Origin: Octopus sinensis
Taxonomy: Eukaryota
Assembly (NCBI RefSeq): GCF_006345805.1
Contig: NC_043013.1
Span: 31,434,001-31,498,000, forward strand
Direction of reading: 5' to 3'
DNA length: 64,000 bases
Under the pieces are notes generated by a model. That model was not told where the DNA came from. It did no database searches and saw nothing but the letters and a program-made list of their open reading frames with translations. Positions 45,353 through 57,400 of the stretch are shown in pieces. The position numbers were made by a program, and so were the translations under genes. The first letter of the stretch is position 1; the number at the start of each line of letters is the position of its first letter.

Positions 45353-45936
45353 TATATCTGAACGTCTATGAGAATGTTTCTAAAGTTTTTCGAGAAGACC
45401 ATTTTCCTCGTATGTCAGCACTTTCGATCTTCGATGCGTTAACATGTACCACCTTGATGCAACGTAAACTTCCATTTAATCATGATAATCTTGGCATGAA
45501 GAGTAGCCTGCGGTATACACCTCACTTGGATATTTACCGCTTCTGAGGTTCCCCTCCTATGATATATATGTGACCCGGATCATATCTGCTCCATTCTTTA
45601 ACACTTGCATTCTTTTTCCCACTCACGGCAACCCTGGTCTCCTACCGTAAATTATAAGAACTCATTTTCAGTTTATCATACTTCGATACGAAAGAACACC
45701 ACAACATTCCGTCTCAATAAACAACGTTTGTCCCTGGAAGTCGTTTTATACATTTACTACAGATTCCTTGAAGCTACCTTTCTTCCTACACCTCGATTCT
45801 TGGATCTTAATTTTATGTGCGCGTGTGTGTATATATATATATATTATATATTATATATATATATATATATAAAGGTATAACATCTATATACATGCATAAT
45901 ATATGAGTTATATACTATTATATATATATATAATAT

Positions 45937-46128
45937 ATGGCACTACAACCAGCCAGGAACAGTCTTCGCTACATTTGCGGTACCTGCCAGAGGGAGTGTC
46001 TGTCCAGGATAGGACTACACAGCCACAGCAGGAAATGTATCAGGACATGAAATATAAAAGCCGGACTAGACTACAAAAAAAAAAACCACAACTCCATGTC
46101 TCCCGAGACAGACAGGATGCCAATAAAT
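45937..46128 (+). mobile_element. 3' end of an RTE-clade LINE
   Basis: YICGTCQRECLSRIGLHSHSRKC* is the RTE C-terminal zinc-finger motif; short 3' UTR, embedded in (TA)n. Confidence 0.8.
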
Positions 46129-46131
46129 ACA

Positions 46132-46204
<73 letters not shown>

Positions 46205-46369
46205 ATATATATATATTATATATATTATATATATATATATATATATACAACACATATACATATAGATATGTAGAATACCTAACTGTTTGAATTTACAAAT
46301 TGCTGTCTTTTGACAATGCTGTAGAACTGGTTGAATATTACGTCTCAACAAGCATGCTGAATATACCAT

Positions 46370-46760
46370 GTATATCAAATTACAAAGCATTTGATGGGAA
46401 TGACTTTACCATTAATTAAATTGTGTCCTGGAAGTTTTCATTAGTTTACATTTAGATCTGGAATGCAAATTGGTCCATCAGCTTTATATGGGAAGGGAGG
46501 TGTTCCAATCGATCTTCTATGGTTATGAGAGTGACTAGGTCTTTCGTTTTGAGTTATTCTATGTTTGAGTTAGTTTTATTTTGGTAAAGCTGTCGATAAG
46601 GAAAAGTTTCATCATAGAGGTGTTTGTTTCCATCCACTTTTGTCAGCGTGGATTTGTATATCATATAAAAGTTTGAAGTTCAGTAAGAAAGAGAACGATG
46701 TCGAAAACTGACCTTTCCGAATGTTCATTAGATGAGATTCGCCGTACTCAAGGATGTTTG
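46370..46760 (-). mobile_element. Possible decayed LINE RT remnant
   Basis: Fragments IRKGQFSTSFSF, IHADK and INGKVIP occur in RT order but are heavily disrupted. Confidence 0.3.
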
Positions 46761-47379
46761 TTAGTAGTGAGTATTTTCCTGTAATGAAGGCGAGTTAACC
46801 AATCGACATGGTGACGGCTGGATACTCAAAGAATTAGACTTTGCATTGCATGCATTTCATTGCAGTTTCTATGTTTTTGAAGTGCAGGTTTAAACAAACT
46901 GTTTCATTGGTGTAATATGAATATTTTCATCGAATATTTAGAGCCGTTGTTTCTCAATTTAGAAGTATTTATGTATAGTTAAGTGAATCCCTATCAAATT
47001 TGATATATACCTACCATAACATACAGAATGCTGAATAATCCGCTAATTATAGCCAACATATCTGGTCTACCCGATAAAATAAAATGCAGAGAACTGATGT
47101 CACAGAATCTTCAACAAGCAACATCATTCGAAACGGAATTTGATAATTGGAGGAATATGAAGAAAAACATCTCGGTCGCCATCAAAAAACTACATTTAAT
47201 AATTCGAATACTTATTGGATCAACGAAGCTATCCGAATTACGAAACATTAAGATATTCATCATGAACTTTATGACGCCCAGTGACCACCGGCGTTACTAT
47301 CAATTATGACTGTGCATCATGATATTAGTTCCTATTCTCTTATCAGTATTATTTATAGAAACACGCGATAACAATCTAT

Positions 47380-47560
47380 GCGTAGATCCGTTATTTCTAT
47401 CTTTACAGACATTAGATCATAGCAACGTCATCAGCATAATGAAGTACTAGATCATAATTGAAAGCTGCTTCCTAGAAGTTGCTTCTCTGAGATGTTGCAA
47501 CTGCTCTTTGTTTTACAGGTGAGATCCTATTCCTTGTCAGTCGTGCATACCTGTTCATCA
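47380..47560 (-). mobile_element. Highly decayed LINE RT remnant
   Basis: Minus-strand LHYADDVAMI motif, preceded by a VKQRAVAT-like segment; many stops. Confidence 0.4.
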
Positions 47561-48118
47561 CTTTGAGATGTTCTGACTTTTGCTGTGCACAGTCTGTTCG
47601 TTTCTTGGCATGCTTCCTTTTATGCAGCTATCTCTCTTTCCCGGGACAGGGACATTCTTTTGGCAGACCTTAATATTGTAGACAAATTGGGATAACGACA
47701 GATTTCGCCCCAACCCACCTCGATATTGGATGATCATAACTTTCAGAAAAATGGATATTTTTTAATGACATGTTCTACGAATATGTGTTATATTATTTAA
47801 ATGTCGAATATACAAAATATAAGGGGCAAATGTTTTAAGTAGGAGTGGAGTGGAGAATGTCTAAAAATTCACCCGAGTCCAATTCAACTGGTCTTAATTT
47901 GCAAGTCGGTGGAGATATTTTAATGAAAGTCTCTACAAATATACTGCGGACTATATAGATTTCGCGGACAGAAATTTTTGGGAAAATAATTGGGAATTAT
48001 ATTTGAGAACTGTTCCCTACCCGGGGGGGTTTCAGAACAAGTCGTCCATATTTCTTTAATTTTCTCTGTTTTGTGCGCTTGTGCATCCGCAGATGTCTAC
48101 CACAGACACACACACACG

Positions 48119-48224
<106 letters not shown>

Positions 48225-49320
48225 ATATACATATACATATATAACTAAAGAGTTCAAACAGAAACTTATTCCATTCAGTATCAAGTTTATTATAGAGATT
48301 ATGTAACAAATAACTTCTATATTAAAATGTACGTGTATATTCCTTATTTCCGCTTCTGGTGTCTTCTGCCTTTCTATTAGAAACATTTACCTGGGAATTT
48401 ACTTAAAATGAAAAAAAGATCGCATGCATCATCTTAATAACATCTTTCTGTGTACCAGACCTTTAGATGCTATTTTTAGCATAGCGAGTTTTCTGTTGAG
48501 GGCTTCATTTGCCTTCATTGCCTGTTTTTTTACATCAGGAGAAATCTACTGACGCACAAACGCACAAGACGGATAAAATGAAACGAATAAGGAGGACTTG
48601 TTCCGAAACAACCCCGAGTGAGGAACAGTTCTCAAAAATAACCCGTAATTGTTTTCCGCCGAAATTTCTATGTTCTCAGAATCTACATAGTCCTAGTTAA
48701 AATTGGTGAGAATTTCATTAAAAAATATCCATTTCCTTCCACAAAAAGAAATTCATGTATTCAGAATCTACATTATATAACACATATCCGTAAAACACTT
48801 TATGAAAATATATCCGTTTTTCTTAAAGTTATGATGATCCAAAGTGGGTGGGCGTTGCAGAAATCTGTAGTTATACCGACAAATTTCACATTTTCCTTCT
48901 AGGCATGATTATACATGTGTACAGAAATACACGAATGCAGAAGATAGTAAATAATGCAAATAACTTTGTAACAGAAATTATGTTTCTTAATACGACGGAC
49001 AGAAAGTAAACAAGAAATTTTAACGGAAAATAAAGTATTGTACGTGTTGAAATTTTGAACCAGAAAGAAACCGTCAACAACAGAAAAACACAAAACCGTA
49101 CTGATTGAAGTGAATTTTATTCAGTAAATTATTATATTACTTATATCAGTAATTGTGAACTTATATCAGTAATTGTGAACTTCTTTCTGTCAGTAATTAG
49201 TCGTTGTTTGTTTGTAAATAAATATTGAAAACTTAAACACACAGTGAAAACAAAAACATGGAAGTTAAACAATGACGTATGAAAATTGAAAGTGAAAAAA
49301 AGATATATAGACAGAGAGAT

Positions 49321-49418
<98 letters not shown>

Positions 49419-50599
49419 ATATACATAAGGAGAATGTTACATCACTGACGCTAGAAAACCGGAAGTAAATATCTTAAAAACCTTCAAAGACGTGAATGTA
49501 ATATAAAAAGCAATATTTTTGATAAAAAAAAATCATACGAACAGTATATTATGAAAGCAATTGTGAAGTATGAAAGCAATTGGTGTAGCCGTATCCAGAT
49601 GAAATGTGAATAAGCTCACATCTCCATTTCATATGATATTAGATATTTATGTAACACCTGTTCTTACATAATTCTATGCTGTGGATAATAATTCTCAATT
49701 TTTTCTACTCCATTGAGGCCTTCGCTAAATTCCTGTACAACGAAATATTCCCGGTTTTTCAGTGTTACATTTATAGTTTGTGACTTTGTTATAATTAATT
49801 AATTAACTAGAATACGAAATATTCTCATCAGAATCATAGATTAATGCATAGAGGGAAATAATTTGCATGGTGATAATTACGTGTAAATACACTTTGTGAG
49901 GAAATGAATTTTACGTGTTGGAAGGTTGCATCGTATAACATTGGTAATTAAGTAAATGCAGTTATTTTTCTCTTGGTCTATATAACTAATCGATGTTAAT
50001 GAATATTACTTTGATTTATATTGCTTCAAGGCAAAGCATCGTGAACATGAGAAATTAACTTCTTGATGCTAATAGTTTAATTATGTTACTATTTACAGAT
50101 AGTAATTACTAGATATTGAAGTGATTCTGTGTTAAAATATGTTTATTCCTTTTCTGTAATAATTCTGGAGACATTATCTGCTGTGTGTCACAGCTGAAAT
50201 GAAAAGCAATATAGTTCTCCATAAAAGTTCACTTTTTACAACATCTGTTGAAAATTATAATTCGCAAATAGCAATACACGTTAGTCATGTTCTTGTTTCG
50301 AACCATGTCAGTCCACTTGAAGTAAATGTATAGAAAATATCCAAGATGTGCCACTTGTTTAGAGCCAGCAGAAAGTATAACGAGGCCACCAAACAATTAA
50401 AAAAAATATCAAAAACTTTTGGACAGCTATTAGTTTGTTTAGAATTCTATATCTCATATCATGAAACACAGCTACGGTACACATTTATATATATATATAT
50501 AATATATATATATATCGTTATCTTGGAACTCGTGTGTCATGTTAAGAGTTGTTCTCATGGAAATGATTCTTAGCATATCTTGTACGGTTTCACTTACAA

Positions 50600-50820
50600 T
50601 ATATTGGTTTCAAATGTTGGCACAAGGCCAGCAATTCCGGGTAGGTGATAAGTCGTTAACATCAACCCTGGAGTTCGACTTGCACTTAATTCATTGACAC
50701 CGAGAGGATGAAAAGCAAAGTCAACCTCGGTAGAATTTCAACTTAGAACATCATGACGGATGAAATGCCGCTAAGCATTTTGTCCGATGTGCTAACGATT
50801 CTGTCAGCTCTTCGCCTTAC
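50600..50820 (-). mobile_element. SINE family A, older copy
   Basis: Diverged reverse-complement match to head, central domain and tail. Confidence 0.8.
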
Positions 50821-53564
50821 ACACTATATTAAGAGCATTAAATATATACTCTGCACGCGCGAGTGCGTGTGTGCGTAAGCACGTACAGAATAAGAGATAG
50901 AGCGTATTGTTCAATTCTTCTAGCTCCTGTTTTGAAACCAACTAAAATTTTTGATCGACTGCAAGTGAAAATTATCTAGGCATTCCTGTCGGTATTTGTC
51001 GTATGTTTTTAAAAACATGTGCTTTCTATATTTAACATTCTGGCAACAGATTCTTCATTTGACTCAGTGAACGCCACCATAGCCTATTCTGGCACAAAAT
51101 CTTGAAGTGCATATAAATGTCACGTTATATATTATAAAGATTATCTTTATTAGCGTATATTATCTGAACGTCAGAGACAAGTATTCTAATACGGGATATG
51201 AATACCGATTTCCAAAAGTTTGTTTCTCTGCAATAACTATCTGTCTTAGTGACAGTAATTTATACTCGTTTGTAGTACTGTTCTCCCAATTATTCACAAA
51301 TGACTATGCGTAACATATTCTGTATAAATAATAATCATCTATACAGAATAACAAGTTACAGTATTTTTGCTTTGCTCAAGCCTAGCGAATCAAATCAATG
51401 ATACTTTCAAATATTCCTGCCAGATATTCTAACGTTCAATTAGAGTTTATCTCCTATTATCATTTTCCTATGTAGCGGAGATTATTTATCCCAATATAAT
51501 GTTTCTTCTTACAGATTGGTTTGCTTTATGATAACTGATAATTATAAATTGCAGCATCCACTTTAAAGACGAACCGTAGCAACGACACACACATACACAC
51601 ACAATCACCTAGGTTTAGTAAGTAATACACTAAAGTTTCCAGCTTAACCTAAATCAATCCATTTATACAGTATTCACCGATTTACCGAGAAAGACATTTA
51701 AATATATAACATTATCAACGCTTCATCAATACTTCAAACTGGATAAAATCTCTGAAAGATATGAAAGTAGTCATGTGGACAGTTATAGTATAATATCTTC
51801 TGAAACCAATTAAACTTTCAATATTGTAGGCGAACTAACCTCGCAAACACACGAGTAACATGCGTGCCGAACACATATGAATATAGTTGGTTTACAGTGT
51901 TGGAACATGGAGGCTCTAAGCTAAAAGAAAAAAAATGAAAATGCTAAAGAATGTCATGTTTGCAACCATTTAAACGTTATTTTGTTTGTATTTTCTTATC
52001 GGTTCTAAGAAGGAAACTCTTATACTATATTTTTCTGAATCGGTTGACCATATTGGTCCCATATTACTAGCTATTCTTCGGAAGTAGTTCCCGAAAAAAA
52101 CGCGCCAAAGTTTAAGCTGTTCTGTCACCAATTATCTCCTATGGCAAATGCGCATAGTAAGAATAGACAGGATATTATTTCAGAAACTGATTCTTCCTTT
52201 TGTACAAAGAAAGTACTTCAGCACTCAAAGTTAGTGATCTACTAAAAATCGCACAGAAAACATTGAAGACTGCTTTCAATTAAAACTCGCTTGTCTGATT
52301 GTCATACAGCCAAATTCAGTTATCTCCAGCGACCGGCTCATATTTGTCCTGTTCCATATCTCAGTCGTTCCAAAGGCAACTCCAAACAGCTGTCGTCGTC
52401 ACATCTACCATCTCCTCTCAGTATTTAAATTTTCCCTTCCATCATATAATATGCAGCGTCCACACTAATGCTCACGTCCAACAGAACTAATGCTCACGTC
52501 TAATTTTTTACCCCAGAATATTTCCTTTAGAGTTCTGTCTATCAATTCCTAATCTAAGGCTAAATCTTACCAGCATCATTCTTCCCAGTCGAAGGGGGCC
52601 TGCAAAAGCTACGGTCATTTCCACTTAGCTCAGGCTTTGCAATATTATACAAAATACTCAATGTCAATATAGTGATGGATTACAATAATAATAACTGAGT
52701 GAAGACTTTAGTCATAATTCTAATGGTAATATCAATGGAATTAAATATTATCTGGTTCTAGGTAGAAACATTGTCTCAGTGTGAATTAGGATTTTGTTAT
52801 TATGTTCATGACGTACGTATTGCAAATTTTGATAGAAATCCTGGGAAAAAATAGAATACTATAATATTACCTCAAAATATCTTAGCAAAGAACAAGTATA
52901 ATACACAGCAATAATATACTGCAACAAACCTGGAAGTTATAATGTCTATGACTTCGTTTGATATATATACTAGTATACAAACATACATACACACATACAT
53001 ACACACATACATACATGCATATACATACACACACACACACACACATATATATAATATACAAACGTATATATACACACATATATATATGTATATTATATAT
53101 GTGTGTATGCATATATATATGTATGTGCGTATGTATATATATATATGTAAACATATACATATACAAATATGTATATACATATAATACATACTTACATATA
53201 TATACACACACACACATATATATATATATATACATACATATGCATGTATATTTATATTGATATGTATTTATGTATGTGCGTATATGTGTATGTACATGTT
53301 AAGAGGGCTCGCGTTCAAGTAGATAGAGTGTTGCGTGGTTGCAATCTCAGGATTAAAGGGCGCGTTGTATTCTTGAGCAAATCTTCTTTTGCGTTGCTTT
53401 ATTTCATCCAGCTGTAGTAAATCAATAACCCTGCCACAGTATAGTCTGGCGATCAACGGCAAAGTTGGCCTGTTCGTCTTGCCAACGCGGTGACATCATT
53501 CAAAAACTAAAACGATGCAAATCGTATCGTGACCAGCGGTCACATTAGATCACGTGTTTATGTG

Positions 53565-53598
<34 letters not shown>

Positions 53599-53678
53599 AG
53601 GTCCCGGGTTGAGTCGGGGTTAACCACAGTAAATAAGGTACTCAATACATAGCAGAGTAAATTAATTTATTTTATAGA

Positions 53679-53736
53679 AGGAGCTTCTACAGGACTAGAA
53701 CTGTTTCATTCAAAAGAAATCATCAGGAAGCTTCCT
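53679..53736 (-). ncRNA. Compact type I hammerhead motif (second family)
   Basis: Minus strand reads aggaagcttc CTGATGA tttcttttgaat GAAacag ttctagtc ctGTA gaagctcct: stem I about 9 bp with one bulge, stem III acag/ctgt, weak 3-bp stem II. Confidence 0.65.
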
Positions 53737-53769
53737 GAATGAAACAGTTCTAGTCCTGTAGAAGCTCCT
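53679..53769. repeat. 34-bp perfect hairpin with 23-nt loop
   Basis: aggagcttctacaggactagaactgtttcattca and its exact reverse complement. Confidence 0.95.
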
Positions 53770-53805
<36 letters not shown>

Positions 53806-53857
53806 TGTACTCGCATAGCAAGCGATTTGATCTGAGATCGTGTGCTGGAACGAAAAC

Positions 53858-54541
53858 AATTGCAGCGTGGAAGGTGTTTGTAAGCCATTTAAGAAACACA
53901 CAAAAGCCGTTTGATTCACTTCAACATTTAAGTTTAATTTGTCAAAATATTTTCGTATATATATTTAACCTGAACTAACTAGATGTAAGGGGAAAAAAAC
54001 AGAAAAAAACAAAAAAAAAACAAGCAATAGTAAAACAAATGTTCTGTGATATAGAGATAAATGTCTGATAATAGGTTTTAGTGTTTCGTTTTGGGGGTGA
54101 GGGTCGTAAATCACTTCCTAGTTTCGGCGAGGAAGGTTGAAATTTGATATTATTGTGATGAGTGGTCAGTCTACATCTATCCATCACTACAGGTTTATAG
54201 CTTTAAGTCCATAGTGAGTATGTGTGTGCATATACACACACATACCTACATACATATATATATACTTACATACATACATACATACACACAGGCGTATGTA
54301 CGTACATACATACATAAATACATGCATGCATACATGCGTGCATACATACATACACACATACATACGTACATATATATGACGAACTAACTGTTACTTTCTC
54401 AGATGCAGCACGGATTTTGTCAGTGAACAGATCGCGGATTTTAGCGACGAAAATATTTTGACAAATTATGCTTAAATGGTGAAGTGAATCGAACGGCTTT
54501 TGTGTGTTTCTTAAATGGCTTACAAACACCTTCCACGCTGC

Positions 54542-54545
<4 letters not shown>
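53858..54545. repeat. 99-bp inverted repeat pair (53858-53956 and 54447-54545)
   Basis: aattgcagcgtggaaggtgtttgtaagccatttaagaaacacacaaaagccg..aatattttcgt is present on both strands. Confidence 0.9.
54416..54465 (+). ncRNA. Variant hammerhead-like motif with G3/C8 core swap
   Basis: tttgtca GTGAACA gatcgc-ggatttta-gcgac GAAA atat tt tgacaaa: 7-bp stem I, stem II g(a)tcgc/gcgac, palindromic aatatt stem III, UUU triplet. Confidence 0.5.
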
Positions 54546-54583
<38 letters not shown>

Positions 54584-54585
<2 letters not shown>

Positions 54586-54818
54586 TCTTACTCTTTACTC
54601 TTCTACTTGTTTCAGTCATTTGACTGCGGCCATGCTGGAGCACTGCCTTTAATAGAGCAACTCGATCCCGGGACTTATTCTTTGTAAGCCCGGTACTTAT
54701 TCTATCGGTCTCTTGTGCCGAACCGCTAAGTGACGGGGACGTAAACACACCACCAGTATCGTTTGTCAAGCAATGCTAGGGGGACAAACACAGACGCACA
54801 AACATATACACACATACC

Positions 54819-54886
<68 letters not shown>

Positions 54887-55052
54887 CATATATACGAGAC
54901 TTCTTTCAGTTTCCGTCTACCAAATCCACTCACAAGGCATTGGTCGACCCGGGCTATAGCAGAAGACACTTGCCCAAGATGCCACGCAGTGGGACTGAAC
55001 CCGGAACCATGTAGTTGGTAAGCATGCTACTCACCACACAGCCACTCCTACG

Positions 55053-55053
<1 letters not shown>
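54584..55053 (-). mobile_element. SINE family B composite, full length
   Basis: Complete head, CORE-like segment, internal (TA)n and tail. Confidence 0.9.
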
Positions 55054-55085
<32 letters not shown>

Positions 55086-55288
55086 AAATGGATAAATGAA
55101 TTATCTTGTTAAGGATTATTCAAAATTTAACCGATCCCGGGTAGCAAAAATCACAACAGAAAAGACACGGTTGAAGTTACGACCTTGGGGTGTCTCAACC
55201 GTGCCTTAGCGCGGATAATTGAAGTTCAATATATTTAGTGAAGGGAAGAAATGGAGCTGAACGAAGATTCTACATAATTCCTTTTATC

Positions 55289-55373
55289 ATCTTCTACACA
55301 TGTTTCAAAGGCCGCAAATTTCCAAATTCGGATTGAATAAGGAGACCATTTGCAGCATTCTCTTCAGGAAAAT
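55289..55373 (-). ncRNA. Hammerhead motif in left arm of inverted repeat (same family as 58614-58699)
   Basis: attttc CTGAAGA gaatgctgca..tgcggccttt GAAAC atgt GTA gaagat; stem II closed by a G-U wobble. Confidence 0.65.
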
Positions 55374-55484
55374 CCAGGAATTTAAAAATCCAAAACAAAT
55401 GCGCAGTTTTGTGCTTTCCTGGGCTCCTAAGGAGCGCTTTGTTCTACCTTGCTGCGCATTTGTTTTGGATTTTTAAATTCCTGG

Positions 55485-55569
55485 ATTTTCCTGAAGACAA
55501 TGCTGCAAATGGTCTCCTTATTCAATCCGAATTTGGAAATTTGCGGACTTTGAAACATGTGTAGAAGAT
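55485..55569 (+). ncRNA. Hammerhead motif in right arm of inverted repeat
   Basis: attttc CTGAAGA caatgctgca..tgcggacttt GAAAC atgt GTA gaagat; core intact but the stem II closing pair is a C-U mismatch, so possibly inactive. Confidence 0.55.
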
Positions 55570-56514
55570 AATAAAAGGAATTATGTAGAATCTTCGTTCA
55601 GCTCCATTTCTTCCCTTCACTAAATATATATATATATTTCCTAATCACACTCATACAGGCATATACTCAAACAAATTTGAAATTATCTCAGTTTTGATCT
55701 TTTACTTCTCCATTATGCACGCATAATTTCTACGTTCCCATTATGCTCGCATGGAAATATTTCCGTTACGTACGTACACATTCACGCATTCCCACACACA
55801 CACACACATATATATATATATGCACTCGCATATACACACGAACACTCACATACCTCCCTTTTTCACATACACACGTATACACATATACTCACACAGAGTT
55901 GATGGCTGTCTTTTAACACCCTCATTAAAGCAACAACAGAAAGTGTCAACAGAAACAACAGAAAATATCAACAGAAAGCAACAGAATTGGAGTAAGAGGA
56001 ACGGAAAAAATCTTTCACATACCTATATCACAAAACGTTATGTACTTGTCGGTATAAGTATCCATGTGAACCAGTTTCTGTTTTGACATAAATCTTACCT
56101 ACAATAGCACATATCAGCCGTTTGAAAAATCTTCCTAACCCGTTACGTTGATATCTGCTGGTAGTCTGAATTGTTTTGCGCCAAATCAGAGCAACTTCAG
56201 TGTGAAAAGGTTCAATACGGAGCAAATATTCAGAAGTGAATATTTATATAGATATTATTATTGTTATTATCACCAAGGGCAATATAAATATCTGATAATA
56301 GAAGCTATAATAATATAAGTGGTGGTAGGCCTAGATTATCCTTATATAGCCATATAATTAAAATTCATATCATAAGGGTACACGAAGGTGACAGCCTGCT
56401 AGACATAAGAGTTAAAACTCTCATTAAACATTGAAAATAGCAATAGAAAACAGTATTCAGGAAAACGGATCAACAAAAATCTTTCAAATACCTATATCAC
56501 AAAAAGCTATATAT

Positions 56515-56584
56515 AGTGCGTAGTGGCTAAGAGCACGGGCTACTAACCCCAAGATTCTGAGGTCAATTCCAGGCAGTGACCTGA

Positions 56585-56668
<84 letters not shown>

Positions 56669-56834
56669 TAATAATAATAATAATAATGATAATAATAACA
56701 ACAGCAACATCGAAAATACCTTAGGAATTAGAAGACAGATTCGAAGTAACACTTAAAGGCTGGAGGGTATATCAACTGAAAGGCTGTGTTAACAAACAAG
56801 ATGAAGACAAATAGCTGTCAAATGTAAATAATGG
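56515..56834 (+). mobile_element. SINE family C: tRNA-like head, internal (AAT)n, distinct tail
   Basis: A-box-like gcgtagtggctaag and B-box-like ggtcaattcc; 11-bp TSD aagctatatat at 56504-56514 and 56835-56845; tail homologue at about 40755-40905. Confidence 0.8.
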
Positions 56835-57000
56835 AAGCTATATATTTGTTGATATTAGTATACATTTGATCCGGTTTCTGGTTTCACATAAATCTTACCT
56901 TCATCAGCAAAAGTCAATCATTTGAAAAATCTACGACGAAATATGGCTCAAGCCAATTCAGACTGCCATATTACCTAATTATTATTTATGTAGACATTCC

Positions 57001-57400
57001 TTTTCTACTCTAGGGACAAGGTACGAAATTTTGGGGTAGGGTGCAGTCGATTAGATCGCCGCAGTACACGACCCGTACTTAAATTATCGACCCTGTAAGA
57101 ATGAAAGTCAAAGTCGACCTCCGCGAAATTTGAAGACAGGTGAAATACCGACAATATGAAATACCTATTTCTTTATTACCCACAAGGGGCTAAACACAGA
57201 GGGGACAAACAAGGACAGACATAGGTATTAAGTCGATTACATCGACCCCAGTGCGTAACTGGTACTTAATTTATCGACCCCGAAAGGATGAAAGGCAAAC
57301 TCGACCTCGGCGGAATTTGAACTCACAACGTAACGCAGTCGAAATACCGCTAAGCATTTCGCCCGGCGTGCTAACGTTTCTGCCAGCTCGCCGTCTAATT
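57001..57400 (-). mobile_element. Older truncated family A copy (57001-57150) abutting a young full-length copy (57165-57395)
   Basis: Two central domains in tandem; the young copy matches 41448-41681. Confidence 0.9.

Larger units (their letters stand above)
55229..55629. repeat. 178-bp near-perfect inverted repeat (arms 55229-55406 and 55452-55629, 45-nt spacer)
   Basis: Arms aligned by eye show 3 mismatches; a diverged single-arm homologue lies at about 58565-58730. Confidence 0.95.

Noticed and set aside
48390-48400. Minus-strand 11-nt microexon-like site (cattttaag|TAAATTCCCAG|gtaaat)
   Set aside because: Not a multiple of 3 and not linkable to other exons; kept only as a note.
49455-49470. 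ETS-like aaccggaagt (and the YY1-like aaaatggcg near 21215) as promoter evidence
   Set aside because: Isolated short motifs with no CpG-rich context or transcription-start support.
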